A stretch of DNA of 64,000 nucleotides. Origin: an uncultured delta proteobacterium. Its GTDB lineage: Bacteria; Desulfobacterota; RBG-13-43-22. The notes beneath the pieces were generated by a model. It worked only from the letters and a program-made list of their open reading frames with translations. It did no database searches and was not told the DNA's origin. The position numbers were made by a program, and so were the translations under genes. This document shows positions 50,462 through 60,735 of this stretch, one piece after another; positions within the stretch are counted from its first letter, which is position 1; each line of letters starts with the position of its first letter. Location: the NCBI GenBank assembly GCA_963802945.1, contig CAWDKY010000015.1:96001-160000 (forward strand), written 5' to 3'.

Positions 50462-51697
50462 ATGATCGGCATATCGAAACTCTATCTGGGCACTGTTGAA
50501 CCCTCCGATGCCTTGCGTTACGGGCGGCGCTCGGATGAACTGCCTTCGCACCTCCTTCAATTTTCTCAGGATAAAAAGCCGGTTGTGGTCTGGAACATCA
50601 CCCGGCAGTGCAACCTGAAATGCCGTCATTGTTATGCCCAGGCCCAAGCGAAAAAACCGAAAGGGGAATTGACCACCCAGGAAGGGAAGGTCTTATTGGA
50701 TGACTTAAGTTCCTTTGGAGCTCCGGTGATCCTGTTCTCCGGCGGGGAACCGGTCTTGCGCCCGGACCTTCCGGAATTGGCCGAGTATGCGGTGGCCAAA
50801 GGGATGCGGGCGGTCATCTCCACCAATGGCACTTTAATAACCAAAGGGCTGGCTAAAACTCTAAAAGATATCGGCCTGTCCTATGTAGGCATCAGTCTCG
50901 ACGGGATGGAGGCGGTCAATGATCGCTTTCGCGGGATTGCCGGGGCCTTTGCCCAGGCCTTGACCGGTATCCGGAATTGCCGGGAGGCCGGGATCAGGGT
51001 GGGCTTGCGTTTTACCATCAACCGTCTGAACAGGGATCAAATCTCTCCTATCTTTGATCTTATTAAAAACGAGGACATCCCCAGGGTCTGTTTTTATCAC
51101 CTGGTTTATGCCGGCCGGGGCTCGAGCTTGATCAACGAAGATCTGGATCACATCCAGACCCGGCAAATCGTGGATTTGATCATTGATCGCAGCAAAGAAT
51201 TATTCGATGCCGGTTATGAAAAAGAAGTGCTTACCGTGGACAATCATGCCGACGGTCCCTATCTGTATCTGCGGATGTTGAAAGAAGGCTCTTCCCGGGC
51301 CCCGGAAGTTCTGGAGCTTTTAAGAATGAACGAAGGCAATAGTTCGGGCCGGGGGATCGGCTGTGTCAGTTGGGACGGCCAGGTCCATGCCGATCAATTC
51401 TGGCGGCATTATTCCTTCGGCAATGTGCGAGAAAGGCCATTCAGCGAAATCTGGGAGGATACAACCCATCCTTTGATGGCCCGCCTGAAGGACAAAAAAA
51501 AATATGTCACCGGCCGCTGCGCCGCCTGCCGCTGGCTGGATATTTGCGGCGGTAATTTCCGGGTCCGTGCCGAAGCCGCAACCGGTGAACTTTGGGCCCC
51601 CGATCCGGCTTGTTACCTGACGGACGAGGAGATTAAAGTGCCCTGGCCTCCACTTGAATTGACAGACACTGTAGAAATAAGTCCCATCTCGAATTGA
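50462..51697 (+). CDS. ahbC: Radical SAM/SPASM 12,18-didecarboxysiroheme deacetylase (alternative heme biosynthesis)
   Basis: MIGISKLY...DALRYGR...LPSHLLQFS.DKKPVVVWN, CNLKCRHCY, LTVDNHADG, SPASM cysteines. Confidence 0.9.
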   Translation: MIGISKLYLGTVEPSDALRYGRRSDELPSHLLQFSQDKKPVVVWNITRQCNLKCRHCYAQAQAKKPKGELTTQEGKVLLDDLSSFGAPVILFSGGEPVLRPDLPELAEYAVAKGMRAVISTNGTLITKGLAKTLKDIGLSYVGISLDGMEAVNDRFRGIAGAFAQALTGIRNCREAGIRVGLRFTINRLNRDQISPIFDLIKNEDIPRVCFYHLVYAGRGSSLINEDLDHIQTRQIVDLIIDRSKELFDAGYEKEVLTVDNHADGPYLYLRMLKEGSSRAPEVLELLRMNEGNSSGRGIGCVSWDGQVHADQFWRHYSFGNVRERPFSEIWEDTTHPLMARLKDKKKYVTGRCAACRWLDICGGNFRVRAEAATGELWAPDPACYLTDEEIKVPWPPLELTDTVEISPISN

Positions 51698-51803
51698 TTT
51701 ATTTGTTACACCTACTTCTCTTCAAAAAAGCTGGACTCAAAAATTAACAATTACGGATTGAACTCAACAGGCCGTCTCGCGAGCCTCTCCATTGTTAAGA
51801 TGC

Positions 51804-53727
51804 CTAACCAGTCGATGAGCCTGCCATTTCGGGTGTGGATTCGGACAACATCTTTCTAAGCTCCTCCCCCTGGACGATTTCCTGCTGCGAAAGGAGATGG
51901 GCCAAATCATCGAGGACCTTCCGCCGTTCCCGAGAGGATTCCTTGCACCCTTTGATGGGCTTCCTCGACGACCCGAGCGACCTCTTCATCAATCTGGCCG
52001 GCTTTTTCTTCACTGTAGGTTTTGCTGGGGGCAAAGCCTTCCGGGAGGAACATGGGCTGACGAGGGCGCTCATAGGTCACCAGTCCCAGGCGATCGCTCA
52101 TGCCATATTCCGCGACCATGGACCGGGCAATGTCTGTGGCCCGCTGCAGGTCGTTTTGGGCCCCGGTGGAGATTTCTTTGAAAACCAGTTCCTCCGCCAC
52201 CCGGCCTCCTAAAAGAACGGCCAGCCGGTCCAGCAGCTCCGGGCGAGTCATTAAATAGCGATCCTCCGTGGGTTGTTGTTGGGTATAACCGAGGGCGGCA
52301 ATCCCCCGGGGAATAATGGAAATTTTGTGCCACCGGGTCGGCATGTTCAACCGATTCAGCCACAATGGCATGTCCGGACTCATGAAAGGCAACGATTTCT
52401 TTCTCCTGCGGATTCATGACCCGGGTCTTTTTCTGCAGTCCCCCAACCACCCGGTCGATAGCCTCGTCGAGATCCGCCAACTTCGACCATTTCTTTATTT
52501 TTCCGGGCGGCCAACAGGGCGGCCTCATTGACGAGGTTGGCCAGATCGGCCCCCACAAAGCCCGGGGTGCGGCCGGCGATCTTGCGGAGGTCCACATCGG
52601 GACCCAAAAGGACATTCTTGGAATGGATTTTCAGGATGGCTTCCCGGCCGTTGATATCCGGGCGGTCCACCAGGACCTGCCGATCAAACCGTCCCGGACG
52701 CAACAAGGCCGGGTCCAGGATTTCCGGCCGGTTGGTGGCGGCCATGATGATGACCCCTTTATTCGTTTCGAATCCGTCCATCTCCACCAGGAGCTGGTTG
52801 AGTGTTTGCTCTTGCTCGTCATGCCCACCCATGACATTGATTCCCCGGGCCTTTCCCAAGGCGTCCAGTTCATCGATGAAGATGATGCAGGGGGCTTGGG
52901 TAGTGGCCTGAGAAAAAAGATCGCGAACCCGTGCGGCCCCCACGCCGACGAACATCTCCACAAACTCAGACCCGCTGATGCTGAAGAAAGGGACTTTGGC
53001 CTCCCCGGCCACAGCCTTGGCCAGAAGGGTTTTGCCGGTCCCCGGCGGGCCGACCAGAAGCACCCCTTTGGGAATCCTTCCTCCCAGTTTCTGGAATTTT
53101 TCCGGAGTGCTCAAAAAATCCACGACTTCCTGAAGCTCATCTTTGGCCTCATCGATGCCGGCCACATCGGCAAAAGTGACCTTGGTTTCGTTCTGGGCAA
53201 AAAGCTTGGCCTTACTCTTGCTGAAAGACATGACCCCCATACCCGGCCCCATCCTTTTCATAGCGAACCGCCAGATGATAAAAAAAATACCGATAGGGAG
53301 GACCCAGGAAAGAAGACCGCTCAGGAATTTGCTCTCGATAAAGTCCGGAGTAATTGACCTTGTGTTCATCCAAATCCTTGACCAGGTCGGGATCATTCAC
53401 CCGAATCGTGGTGAAGGCCTGGTCCGGTTTTTTTTCTTTTCCTTTCAACGTTCCGCTGATATTGTCCGGGCCGATGGTCAGTTTAGTAACAGTCCCGTCG
53501 GCCAAGTATTGTTTAAACTGACTATAAGGAATAGTCTCCACTTTTTGAGAAAGAAAGTATTGTTGCACGAAGGTAAATAACAGAAAGACGATCAGGAAAT
53601 ACCAGATGCTGAAATGAGCCTTGGGGGGCAGGGCATTCTGCTTTTTCTGGGGGTCCTGAGGGTTGAAGATAGAACGAAATTTTTCTTTTGATTTTTCCAT
53701 GAGGTCTTTCATTCCATCGGACGGCAT
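51804..53727 (-). CDS. ftsH: ATP-dependent zinc metalloprotease FtsH, four apparent +1 frameshifts
   Basis: [56 protein letters not shown]; breaks near 53344, 52480, 52331 and 51930. Confidence 0.92.
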
Positions 53728-53904
53728 ATTTCCTCCTTTATAATTTTAAAAATTTAAAAATATTATAGTAACAGTATTTACCCTTTATTAAATGGTAGCC
53801 TTGTAAGGCCTGTATCAAATCTACTTAAGCGTTCCTTCGGCCTGCTGCATGGATTGACTGAATACACGAGATGCTAAAAAGGAACCGCCGCAGCCTAGTG
53901 GTTA

Positions 53905-54141
53905 TCATGCTAAACGATGCTCTCGCAACCGCAAGAGAGCCTTGCCTAACTCATCGATAAGAAAAATAATGGGTGTCCACGCCAAGACAAAGGCCCACTC
54001 AACCAAACCAAGGGGAGCCATATTAAATACCCTTTGTAGAAAGGGGACGTACATCAAAAACCCGAGGATGCATAGCTCAACCACAATGCCGCCCAATACC
54101 AGCCGGTTCGAAAATAGGCCGATTTTAAGGACTGAGGCGCG
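53905..54141 (-). pseudogene. C-terminal remnant of a cation-transporting P-type ATPase
   Basis: RASVLKIGLFSNRLVLGGIVVEL...YVPFLQRVFNMAPL...DELGK; no N-terminal part. Confidence 0.8.
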
Positions 54142-54574
54142 ATACTATTCGGGTTTGGATTGAGGATAGATTATAAAATGAGAAAGGCTTAGAGGTCAAG
54201 GAGAAAGGCATGGCAAAAGACAAAGGGATGGGGGGTTCTTTAGAAGAAAATAGGGTTTTGCTGGCCTGGATCTTACAAATAGAAATGGATAAGAGGAAAA
54301 GAACTGATAGACACTCCCTGGGATTTTTACCGATTTTCTTTTTGATGAAGCCCCCGCTATAGAAACCATAATAGCGGATTATTTATTCGCCCTGGTCAGG
54401 GATATGGGTGGTCAAATCCGTTCACCCTGTTAATATTGAATTAACTTGGTCGGGGTGATTTTGAAACTAAAAAAATCCAGACACAGCGCAAATAGTTGCC
54501 CCTTTAATCGGAAAAGCATATAATGCCTAAAAGCGAAATCAATATCATGAAAATATTTTAGAGGTAAAAATCCA

Positions 54575-55681
54575 TTGATGGGCAAAAACCAAACAGATTT
54601 GACCCGCACCATTCTGGGTGCGCTCTTTATCCTGTCTCTGATAGGGGTATCGTTATGGATCCTGCGTCCTTTCTTAGCCGCCATCATCTGGGCGGCCATG
54701 ATTGTGTTAGCCACCTGGCCCCTGATGATTAGAGTGCAGGGCTGGCTTTGGGGGCGCCGCGGGCTGGCCGTAACGGTCATGTCCCTGATCCTCCTGTGTC
54801 TGTTGGTAGCGCCCCTTATGGCGGCCATCGGGTTAATCGTTTCGAATGCCGACCTGCTCATCAGCTGGGCCAAATCCTTGGCCCAATACGAAATCATAAC
54901 GACTCCGAAATGGATAACCCGGATACCGCTCATCGGCGTCCCGATCACCGAGACCTGGAATAAAATGGCCACCTCCGGGTCTCGGGGAATAGCCGCCAAG
55001 GCCTGGCCCTATGCGGGCAGCGTAATTACATGGTTTGTTTCCCGCGTGGGGAGTCTAGGTGGCCTGTTTGTCGAGTTCCTACTGACGGTCATCCTTTCGG
55101 CCATTTTCTATGCCAACGGCGAAAGGGCCGCAGCTGGCATCCTGCGCTTCGGGCAACGGGTAGCCGGAAGGCAAGGGGAGGAGTTGGTCCGCCTGGCGGG
55201 GCAGGCTATTCGCGGGATCGCCCTCGGGGTGGTGGTGACCGCCCTGGCCCAGACAGTGCTGGGCGGTATCGGTCTGTTTATAACCGGAGTGCCTTTCGCC
55301 CCGGTCCTGACCACGGTGATGTTCATACTGGCCATCGTCCAGATCGGGCCCATCCCGGTACTTGGATTGGCGGTAGTCTGGCTTTACTGGAGCGGCAGCC
55401 CGATCGGGGGGACGGTTCTTATTCTGTTTACCTTGGGAGTGGGACTTATGGACAACTTTCTGCGGCCTTACCTGATCAAAAAGGGAGCCGATATGCCCCT
55501 GCTTCTTATTTTTGCCGGCGTTATCGGCGGCCTGATGGCCTTCGGCCTCATCGGCATCTTTATCGGCCCGGTGGTGCTGGTGGTGGCTTACACGCTGACG
55601 GTGGCCTGGGTAAAGGAAGACCCCGTGGAAGCGGTGGAGGTTCCTGAAACGGAAGTCTCAGAAAACAGTGGAAGCATATAA
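54575..55681 (+). CDS. ydiK: AI-2E family transporter (YdiK-like)
   Basis: PFL.AIIWAAMIVLATWP, GQAIRGIALGVVVTAL, DNFLRP, GVIGGL.AFG..GIFIGP. Confidence 0.88.
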   Translation: MMGKNQTDLTRTILGALFILSLIGVSLWILRPFLAAIIWAAMIVLATWPLMIRVQGWLWGRRGLAVTVMSLILLCLLVAPLMAAIGLIVSNADLLISWAKSLAQYEIITTPKWITRIPLIGVPITETWNKMATSGSRGIAAKAWPYAGSVITWFVSRVGSLGGLFVEFLLTVILSAIFYANGERAAAGILRFGQRVAGRQGEELVRLAGQAIRGIALGVVVTALAQTVLGGIGLFITGVPFAPVLTTVMFILAIVQIGPIPVLGLAVVWLYWSGSPIGGTVLILFTLGVGLMDNFLRPYLIKKGADMPLLLIFAGVIGGLMAFGLIGIFIGPVVLVVAYTLTVAWVKEDPVEAVEVPETEVSENSGSI

Positions 55682-55847
55682 AAGGTCGGCAGAACAAAGG
55701 ACCTCCTAAAAAGATTCCGGGAAATGGTTTAAATTTTTAGCCACCTTGATAACGATTTCAGTTTGAACTCTTCTGATTTTTTCAAAATCGAATTTTGAAG
55801 GAAGAACTCGTTAACTGACCCTTCTCTTTTTTATCAAGACCAAATCC

Positions 55848-56070
55848 CTATTTTTCCACCCGCCTGGCAGCTTTCTCTTCAAGGAGCTTTCTGACCTCCC
55901 GACGACCAAGCTTCCTCAAAGCTACCAGCACCCTCTTCTTCTCCTCCTTCGGCCTAAACTTCCCTGTCTCCCACAGGTGCACAGCCCCAACCGAAACGCC
56001 GGCCAGAACGGCTAACTCCTTCTGGGAAATGCCCAAGTGCCTACGGAGGCTTCGAATCAACCCAGGATAT
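55848..56070 (-). pseudogene. Truncated XRE-family helix-turn-helix protein
   Basis: PGLIRSLRRHLGISQKELAVLAGVSVGAVHLWETGKFRP; the upstream part of ORF 55848-56249 does not look protein-like. Confidence 0.6.
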
Positions 56071-56323
56071 TCCCCGAAACCCGGCGATTGCAAAATCCAG
56101 GTGCTCCATAGCTGTTTTTTCTTTTCAGGATACTTTCCGGCAACAGACTGGGAAGTCCATGCCATAGGCAAAATATGGGGCCTCACGCTTTCCGGATCAA
56201 CGATTTGGGTGAGGAGCAGGGATTCAAATCGGCGACTTCGGTCTGGCATTTGCTATGGAGCTCTCCCGCCTGACACAGAAGGGGATGTTGGTGGGAACAG
56301 ATATTGATGCGAAAATGAAATTA

Positions 56324-57160
56324 TTATTTCAAAATGCCGAATTGTATGATGTTGATGATGAATTCGAGGATTACCTCCGTAGGGTAGGCTCCCTGGTTTA
56401 TCAATGATGCACCATACTCCCCCAGGCCCATGAGATAATAGCCGGCCAGGGCGGAGTCAATCTCCTTCCGAACACGGCCCTCCCGTTTGAGGGTTTCGAT
56501 TTCCCTGACCATCGGGCTGATCATCTGATGAAGGAGTTCTCTAAATTTTTCCTTAAAGACCGGATTATCACCTACGGCCAAACTCCTGACCAGGTCCATC
56601 ATCTCAATCCATTTTGGATAAGAGGCATAGAAGGCCCGGCTTCGTTTCTCAATGCGTTTAAACCTGTCTTTCTCGTCCCGAATCTCCTGCCAGACGCTGT
56701 TAAACATATCGTGGAAGATTCGGTCGGCACATTCCATAAATAGCTCTTCTTTATTCCTGAAATGGACATAAAAGGTTTCCTTGCTTATCTGGGCCTGGCG
56801 GGCAATATCCGCTATGCTGGTTCCCCTATAACCCTTTTGAAGGAAAAGCTCGGTGGCGGCCAAAATAATTTCTTCCTGCCGGCTTGAAGGGATTATTTCT
56901 TCTACAAATTTATTGGCTTGGCTCAGTTCCGGCCCTATTTCTTCTTTAATCACCTGCAGAGACTTTTTCCCTTTGAGCTGCTTTTTTTTGATCAGCTTAA
57001 TCGCCTCAAGATAGAACTTTGAATAGTAAGCCCGTGTTTTCCCCCGCCTTATCGGTGCCGGTAAAAGGCCTTCTTGAATATAGTACCTTATGGTTGAAGC
57101 CGGCAAGTCAGCGGCCAGTGATAATTCAGAGATCTTCATCAAATTTTTATCTTCGTTCAT
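56324..57160 (-). CDS. MerR-HTH / TetR fusion transcriptional regulator
   Basis: MKISELS...STIRYY...GLLP.P...AYY then ILAA.ELF..KGY..TSI.DIA..A.ISK.TFY.HF.NKEEL. Confidence 0.9.
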   Translation of the reverse strand: MNEDKNLMKISELSLAADLPASTIRYYIQEGLLPAPIRRGKTRAYYSKFYLEAIKLIKKKQLKGKKSLQVIKEEIGPELSQANKFVEEIIPSSRQEEIILAATELFLQKGYRGTSIADIARQAQISKETFYVHFRNKEELFMECADRIFHDMFNSVWQEIRDEKDRFKRIEKRSRAFYASYPKWIEMMDLVRSLAVGDNPVFKEKFRELLHQMISPMVREIETLKREGRVRKEIDSALAGYYLMGLGEYGASLINQGAYPTEVILEFIINIIQFGILK

Positions 57161-58034
57161 GCTTTTTCAAATCCTGCGGTTTCTGCTTTTTGAAAATTCC
57201 GTTTAAAACCATATCCCAGAGCTTACCCAGGTTCCTATTTAATTCGGAGGGATTATCATACGTATAATAAATCAAATATTCAGCGGCACCCATCAGCAAA
57301 TGAGCCAGAATGTTGCTATCCCTAAATTTGATTTTCCCTTGATGAATGGCCGTTTCCAGATCTTGCTGAATCGGTTCGATGAGGTCCTTCATGACCTTTT
57401 CGAGTTTCTCTCTGACATGGGGATTTTCCTTGAGGGCTGCACCACGCATGAGGTTGAGCATCTCAACTATGTGGCTTTGAAAATGCCCAAAATAGTTGTC
57501 CCGGTTCAGGAGTTTTTTGATGGGGTCTTTCTCCTCCTGGATATCAGGTATATTTTCTCCAATGTCGTGAAAAATACTATCAGCGCATTCAATGAAAAGC
57601 TCTTCTTTATTCCGAAAATTTTGATAAAACGTTCCTTTTCCAATCCCCGCCCGTTCCGGGATTTCGGAAATTTTGACCCCATCATAACCTTTTTCCTGGA
57701 AGAGGTTTCCCGCTGACCTTATGATCTGCTCTCTCTTGCTAGTATTAATTACATTATTTTCTTCTGTTGGCGAATAATCAAAAGCTTTGCCCTTGACGAT
57801 CTTTTTGATGTCCTCGAGCGCCAGTCCCTTTTGCTTTCCTTTCCGGATCTCCAAAAGAGTCTTAAGGTGTTTTTCCGTATAGTAGGCCATGGTCTTGCTG
57901 GTTTTAAGGGGCTGAGGAAGCAGTCCCTGACGCAAATAAAAGCGGATGGCCGTAGCCGGGGTCTTGGAATAAGCACTGAGCTCGGAAATTCTCATGTGCT
58001 CCGGATGTTTGTCTCTTTGGTTGTTTTCCGTCAT
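57147..58034 (-). CDS. MerR-HTH / TetR fusion transcriptional regulator
   Basis: MRISELS...AIRFY..QGLLP.P...AYY then IIRSA..LF.EKGY...AGIGKGTFY..F.NKEEL. Confidence 0.9.
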   Translation of the reverse strand: MTENNQRDKHPEHMRISELSAYSKTPATAIRFYLRQGLLPQPLKTSKTMAYYTEKHLKTLLEIRKGKQKGLALEDIKKIVKGKAFDYSPTEENNVINTSKREQIIRSAGNLFQEKGYDGVKISEIPERAGIGKGTFYQNFRNKEELFIECADSIFHDIGENIPDIQEEKDPIKKLLNRDNYFGHFQSHIVEMLNLMRGAALKENPHVREKLEKVMKDLIEPIQQDLETAIHQGKIKFRDSNILAHLLMGAAEYLIYYTYDNPSELNRNLGKLWDMVLNGIFKKQKPQDLKKHERR

Positions 58035-58189
58035 TCTTGTTTGTCCTCTCTTATTGGTTCCTTATAAAGCGGAAGCGCTGTGGATATCAAGAAGAATAAA
58101 CCTAATCCAGCCAGCGGCAGGGACTTCCGTTTAAATAGTCTTGTTATCACGAGTACTTATAATTTTTTTTAAAAATTGAAAAAAAATGA

Positions 58190-58249
58190 TTGACAGCCAT
58201 AAAATTTTGTATTAGTAATATAGACAATAGAACAAAACGGTACTGTTGT
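58190..58249 (+). promoter_or_regulatory. Promoter (-35 TTGACA) with downstream inverted repeat, candidate TetR operator
   Basis: TTGACA at 58190; ACAATAGAAC-N6-GTACTGTTGT (8/10 symmetric) at 58224-58249. Confidence 0.5.
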
Positions 58250-58283
58250 AAAGTAAAAATATAATGAAAGGAGGAAAAAATTT

Positions 58284-59465
58284 ATGGGAAAGGGAAAAAT
58301 CGCCATTATTGGAATTGGTGAAGTGCCTACCGGAACTTATCCGCAACGGACGCACTGGGATATCATTTATGATACCTGCATGGAGGCCATTCGGGATTCA
58401 GGGCTTCATAAGAATGATATCGAGGCCACTGCCATTGTTGAGCCCCAAGCTCAACCGCAGATTACGGGTGAGCTCGCCTTTGGGAAATTGCCGGAAGAAC
58501 TGGGACTCAAAGGATGCAAGGATTCCGTTCTTTGCAATGCAGGGGGCGCCACTACTTCGAGCTGCATACGGTTGGCTGAGTACTGGATTACCAACGGTAT
58601 GGCCAAGGCTGTTCTTGTGCCTCACGTGACGGTCCATTCTACCATTCCCTTGGCAGATCAGATTAATTTCTTTGCCAAGGCCGGGGTTGATCTGCAATGG
58701 GAATATCCCTACGGAACCACCTACAACATCATTATGGGCCTAATGGCCAATCAATATATGCATCAATCGGGATGCACACCGGAAGAAATGGCCTCGGTCG
58801 TAACGGCCCTCCGAAGCTGGGCTTCCCGGGACCCCCACTCCATTTTCTATAAGAAAGAAGTGCCCTCGGTGGAGAAGGTCCTGGCTTCCGACCTATTGAA
58901 CACGCCGCTGCATAAAAGGGAGAGCAATGTGCTGGGTGACGGCGGCTGCGCCATGGTGATCGTATCGGCCGAAGAGGCCAAGAAGATGAAAAAACCGGCG
59001 GCCTATAAGCTGGGCGAATCGATGCGGTATTTCAGCGGAACATGTGTCATGAGGGATATGGCGAAGGTGCAGGAAGGTTGGCGGGTGACGTCTAAAGAAG
59101 CTATGGCCCAGGCCGGTATCAAAAAAGAAGATGTAACCCTCTGGAACGTCTACGTGGCCTACCCGCTGGCCCATCCTATGATGGCTGAAGCGTTAGAAGT
59201 TGCGCCTCCAGGGCAGGCCGGCAAATATTTCCTGCAGGGCCGGATGTCTTTTGGCGGGGACATCCCCTGGTCGACTATCGGCGAGGCGCCTGGCCGAGGC
59301 CATACGGGTTCGGGCGTCAGCGCGGCCGTCTACGTGGAAACGGCCCGGCAGCTCATGGGCAAGGCCGGAGAAAGGCAGGTTAAAAACTGCAAATACGTTT
59401 ATCAGAACAGCAATGGTGGATCAGGTTTCAATGTGATCGCTACGATTTGGGGAAAGGAGGTTTAA
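58284..59465 (+). CDS. Thiolase-superfamily protein (SCP-x/Ltp2-like)
   Basis: AIIGIGE start, PYGTT, A..YM...GCT.EEMA.V, DGGCAMV, EAMAQAGI, GHTGSG. Confidence 0.85.
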   Translation: MGKGKIAIIGIGEVPTGTYPQRTHWDIIYDTCMEAIRDSGLHKNDIEATAIVEPQAQPQITGELAFGKLPEELGLKGCKDSVLCNAGGATTSSCIRLAEYWITNGMAKAVLVPHVTVHSTIPLADQINFFAKAGVDLQWEYPYGTTYNIIMGLMANQYMHQSGCTPEEMASVVTALRSWASRDPHSIFYKKEVPSVEKVLASDLLNTPLHKRESNVLGDGGCAMVIVSAEEAKKMKKPAAYKLGESMRYFSGTCVMRDMAKVQEGWRVTSKEAMAQAGIKKEDVTLWNVYVAYPLAHPMMAEALEVAPPGQAGKYFLQGRMSFGGDIPWSTIGEAPGRGHTGSGVSAAVYVETARQLMGKAGERQVKNCKYVYQNSNGGSGFNVIATIWGKEV

Positions 59466-59467
59466 CA

Positions 59468-59884
59468 ATGGAATTTGATATGAAGAAACCCGTACCGGTG
59501 ACCCAACCGTGGTCGGAAAAATTTTGGGAAGGCACCAAAGAAGGAAAACTGCTTATTCAGGTCTGCAACGATTGTAAGTCAAAAATTTTCTATCCGAGGA
59601 AATTCTGCCCGGAGTGCTGGTCCGGCAACTTGGGTTGGATGGAGGCAAGCGGAAAAGCAAAGATTGAAACGTTCTCTACGGCCTACGCCAATGTGGAGCC
59701 CAAATTCATGGATGAACTCCCCTACACGATTGCTTATGTCAACCTGGATGAAGGGATAAGGATGATGACCCGGATCGTTGACTGCAAACCGGAGGAAATT
59801 CGGTTCGATATGGACGTGGAGGTTATTTTCCACAACCGCGAAGGATTCTTCCTGCCGTACTTCCGGCCTGCGGCTAAAAAGTAA
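59468..59884 (+). CDS. Zn-ribbon / OB-fold protein (DUF35)
   Basis: FWEG..EGKLLIQ.CNDC...YPR..CPEC, ASG, PY, LDEG.RM; GGAGG RBS. Confidence 0.92.
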   Translation: MEFDMKKPVPVTQPWSEKFWEGTKEGKLLIQVCNDCKSKIFYPRKFCPECWSGNLGWMEASGKAKIETFSTAYANVEPKFMDELPYTIAYVNLDEGIRMMTRIVDCKPEEIRFDMDVEVIFHNREGFFLPYFRPAAKK

Positions 59885-59896
59885 AGGAGGTCATTA

Positions 59897-60724
59897 ATGC
59901 CTGATTATACCACCCTACTTTTCGATATCAAGGGGCCCGTCTGTAATATTACCCTGAACAGACCGGACAAATACAACGCCATCAACCGGGAAATGGCTGC
60001 TGAACTGCTCCATGCCTTCCAGAAGGTCCGGGACCTCCCCGAAATAGCCGTTGTCGTGCTCAGCGGGGCGGGAAAGGCCTTCTGTACAGGTGGAGACCTG
60101 AGCATCTTCCCTTCCCTGGCCGAGCACCAGGGGGGGCTTAACTGGTTGGCCCACGACGGTTTTGGGGTCGGCAAAGCCATTGAACTTTGCGAAAAGGTCG
60201 TCATTGCCAAGGTGACCGGTCATTGCCTGGCCGGAGGACTCGAACTGGCTCTGATGTGCGACCTTATTTATGCCAGGGAATCGGCTAAATTCGGCACCAC
60301 GGAGATCAATATGGGCATTCTGCCCGGCTGGGGCGGCACGGTGCGGCTGCCCCGGTCCATGCCCATTTATCGGGCACGGGAAATTGTTTACAGCGGGCGT
60401 AAGGATATCCTGGCCCGCGAAATGTTTGAGATGGGTTTTCTCACCCGGGTGTTCAAGGATGAGGAGTTCGAAACTAAGTTTAACGAAGTGGTGGCCAATA
60501 TCAGTTCAAAAAAGGTGATCGCATTGCGCATGGCCAAGGAGGTCATGGGGCGCTCCCTGGAATGCGGCAGCCTGGATGCCGCCCTGGCCCTCGAGCGCGA
60601 TGCCATCCAGTGGCTGAATTATGCCCCGGATATCCAGGCCATGATGGAGTCGTTCAGAAAAAAGCCGGAGATGCTGGTTGATCAGCAAAAAAAGGCCAAC
60701 ATTGAATCGGATAGAAAAAAATAA
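59897..60724 (+). CDS. Enoyl-CoA hydratase/isomerase family protein
   Basis: LNRPDKYNA, FCTGGDL, AGGLELAL.CD, TEI..G..PGWGG. Confidence 0.92.
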   Translation: MPDYTTLLFDIKGPVCNITLNRPDKYNAINREMAAELLHAFQKVRDLPEIAVVVLSGAGKAFCTGGDLSIFPSLAEHQGGLNWLAHDGFGVGKAIELCEKVVIAKVTGHCLAGGLELALMCDLIYARESAKFGTTEINMGILPGWGGTVRLPRSMPIYRAREIVYSGRKDILAREMFEMGFLTRVFKDEEFETKFNEVVANISSKKVIALRMAKEVMGRSLECGSLDAALALERDAIQWLNYAPDIQAMMESFRKKPEMLVDQQKKANIESDRKK

Positions 60725-60735
60725 AGGAGAGGACC

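Noticed and set aside
52416-53357. 313-aa plus-strand ORF and many other antisense ORFs in the track
   Set aside because: They are shadow frames of well-supported genes on the opposite strand and have no motifs of their own.
54330-54445. Hairpins upstream of ydiK as a fluoride or other riboswitch
   Set aside because: No conserved riboswitch core motifs were recognisable.
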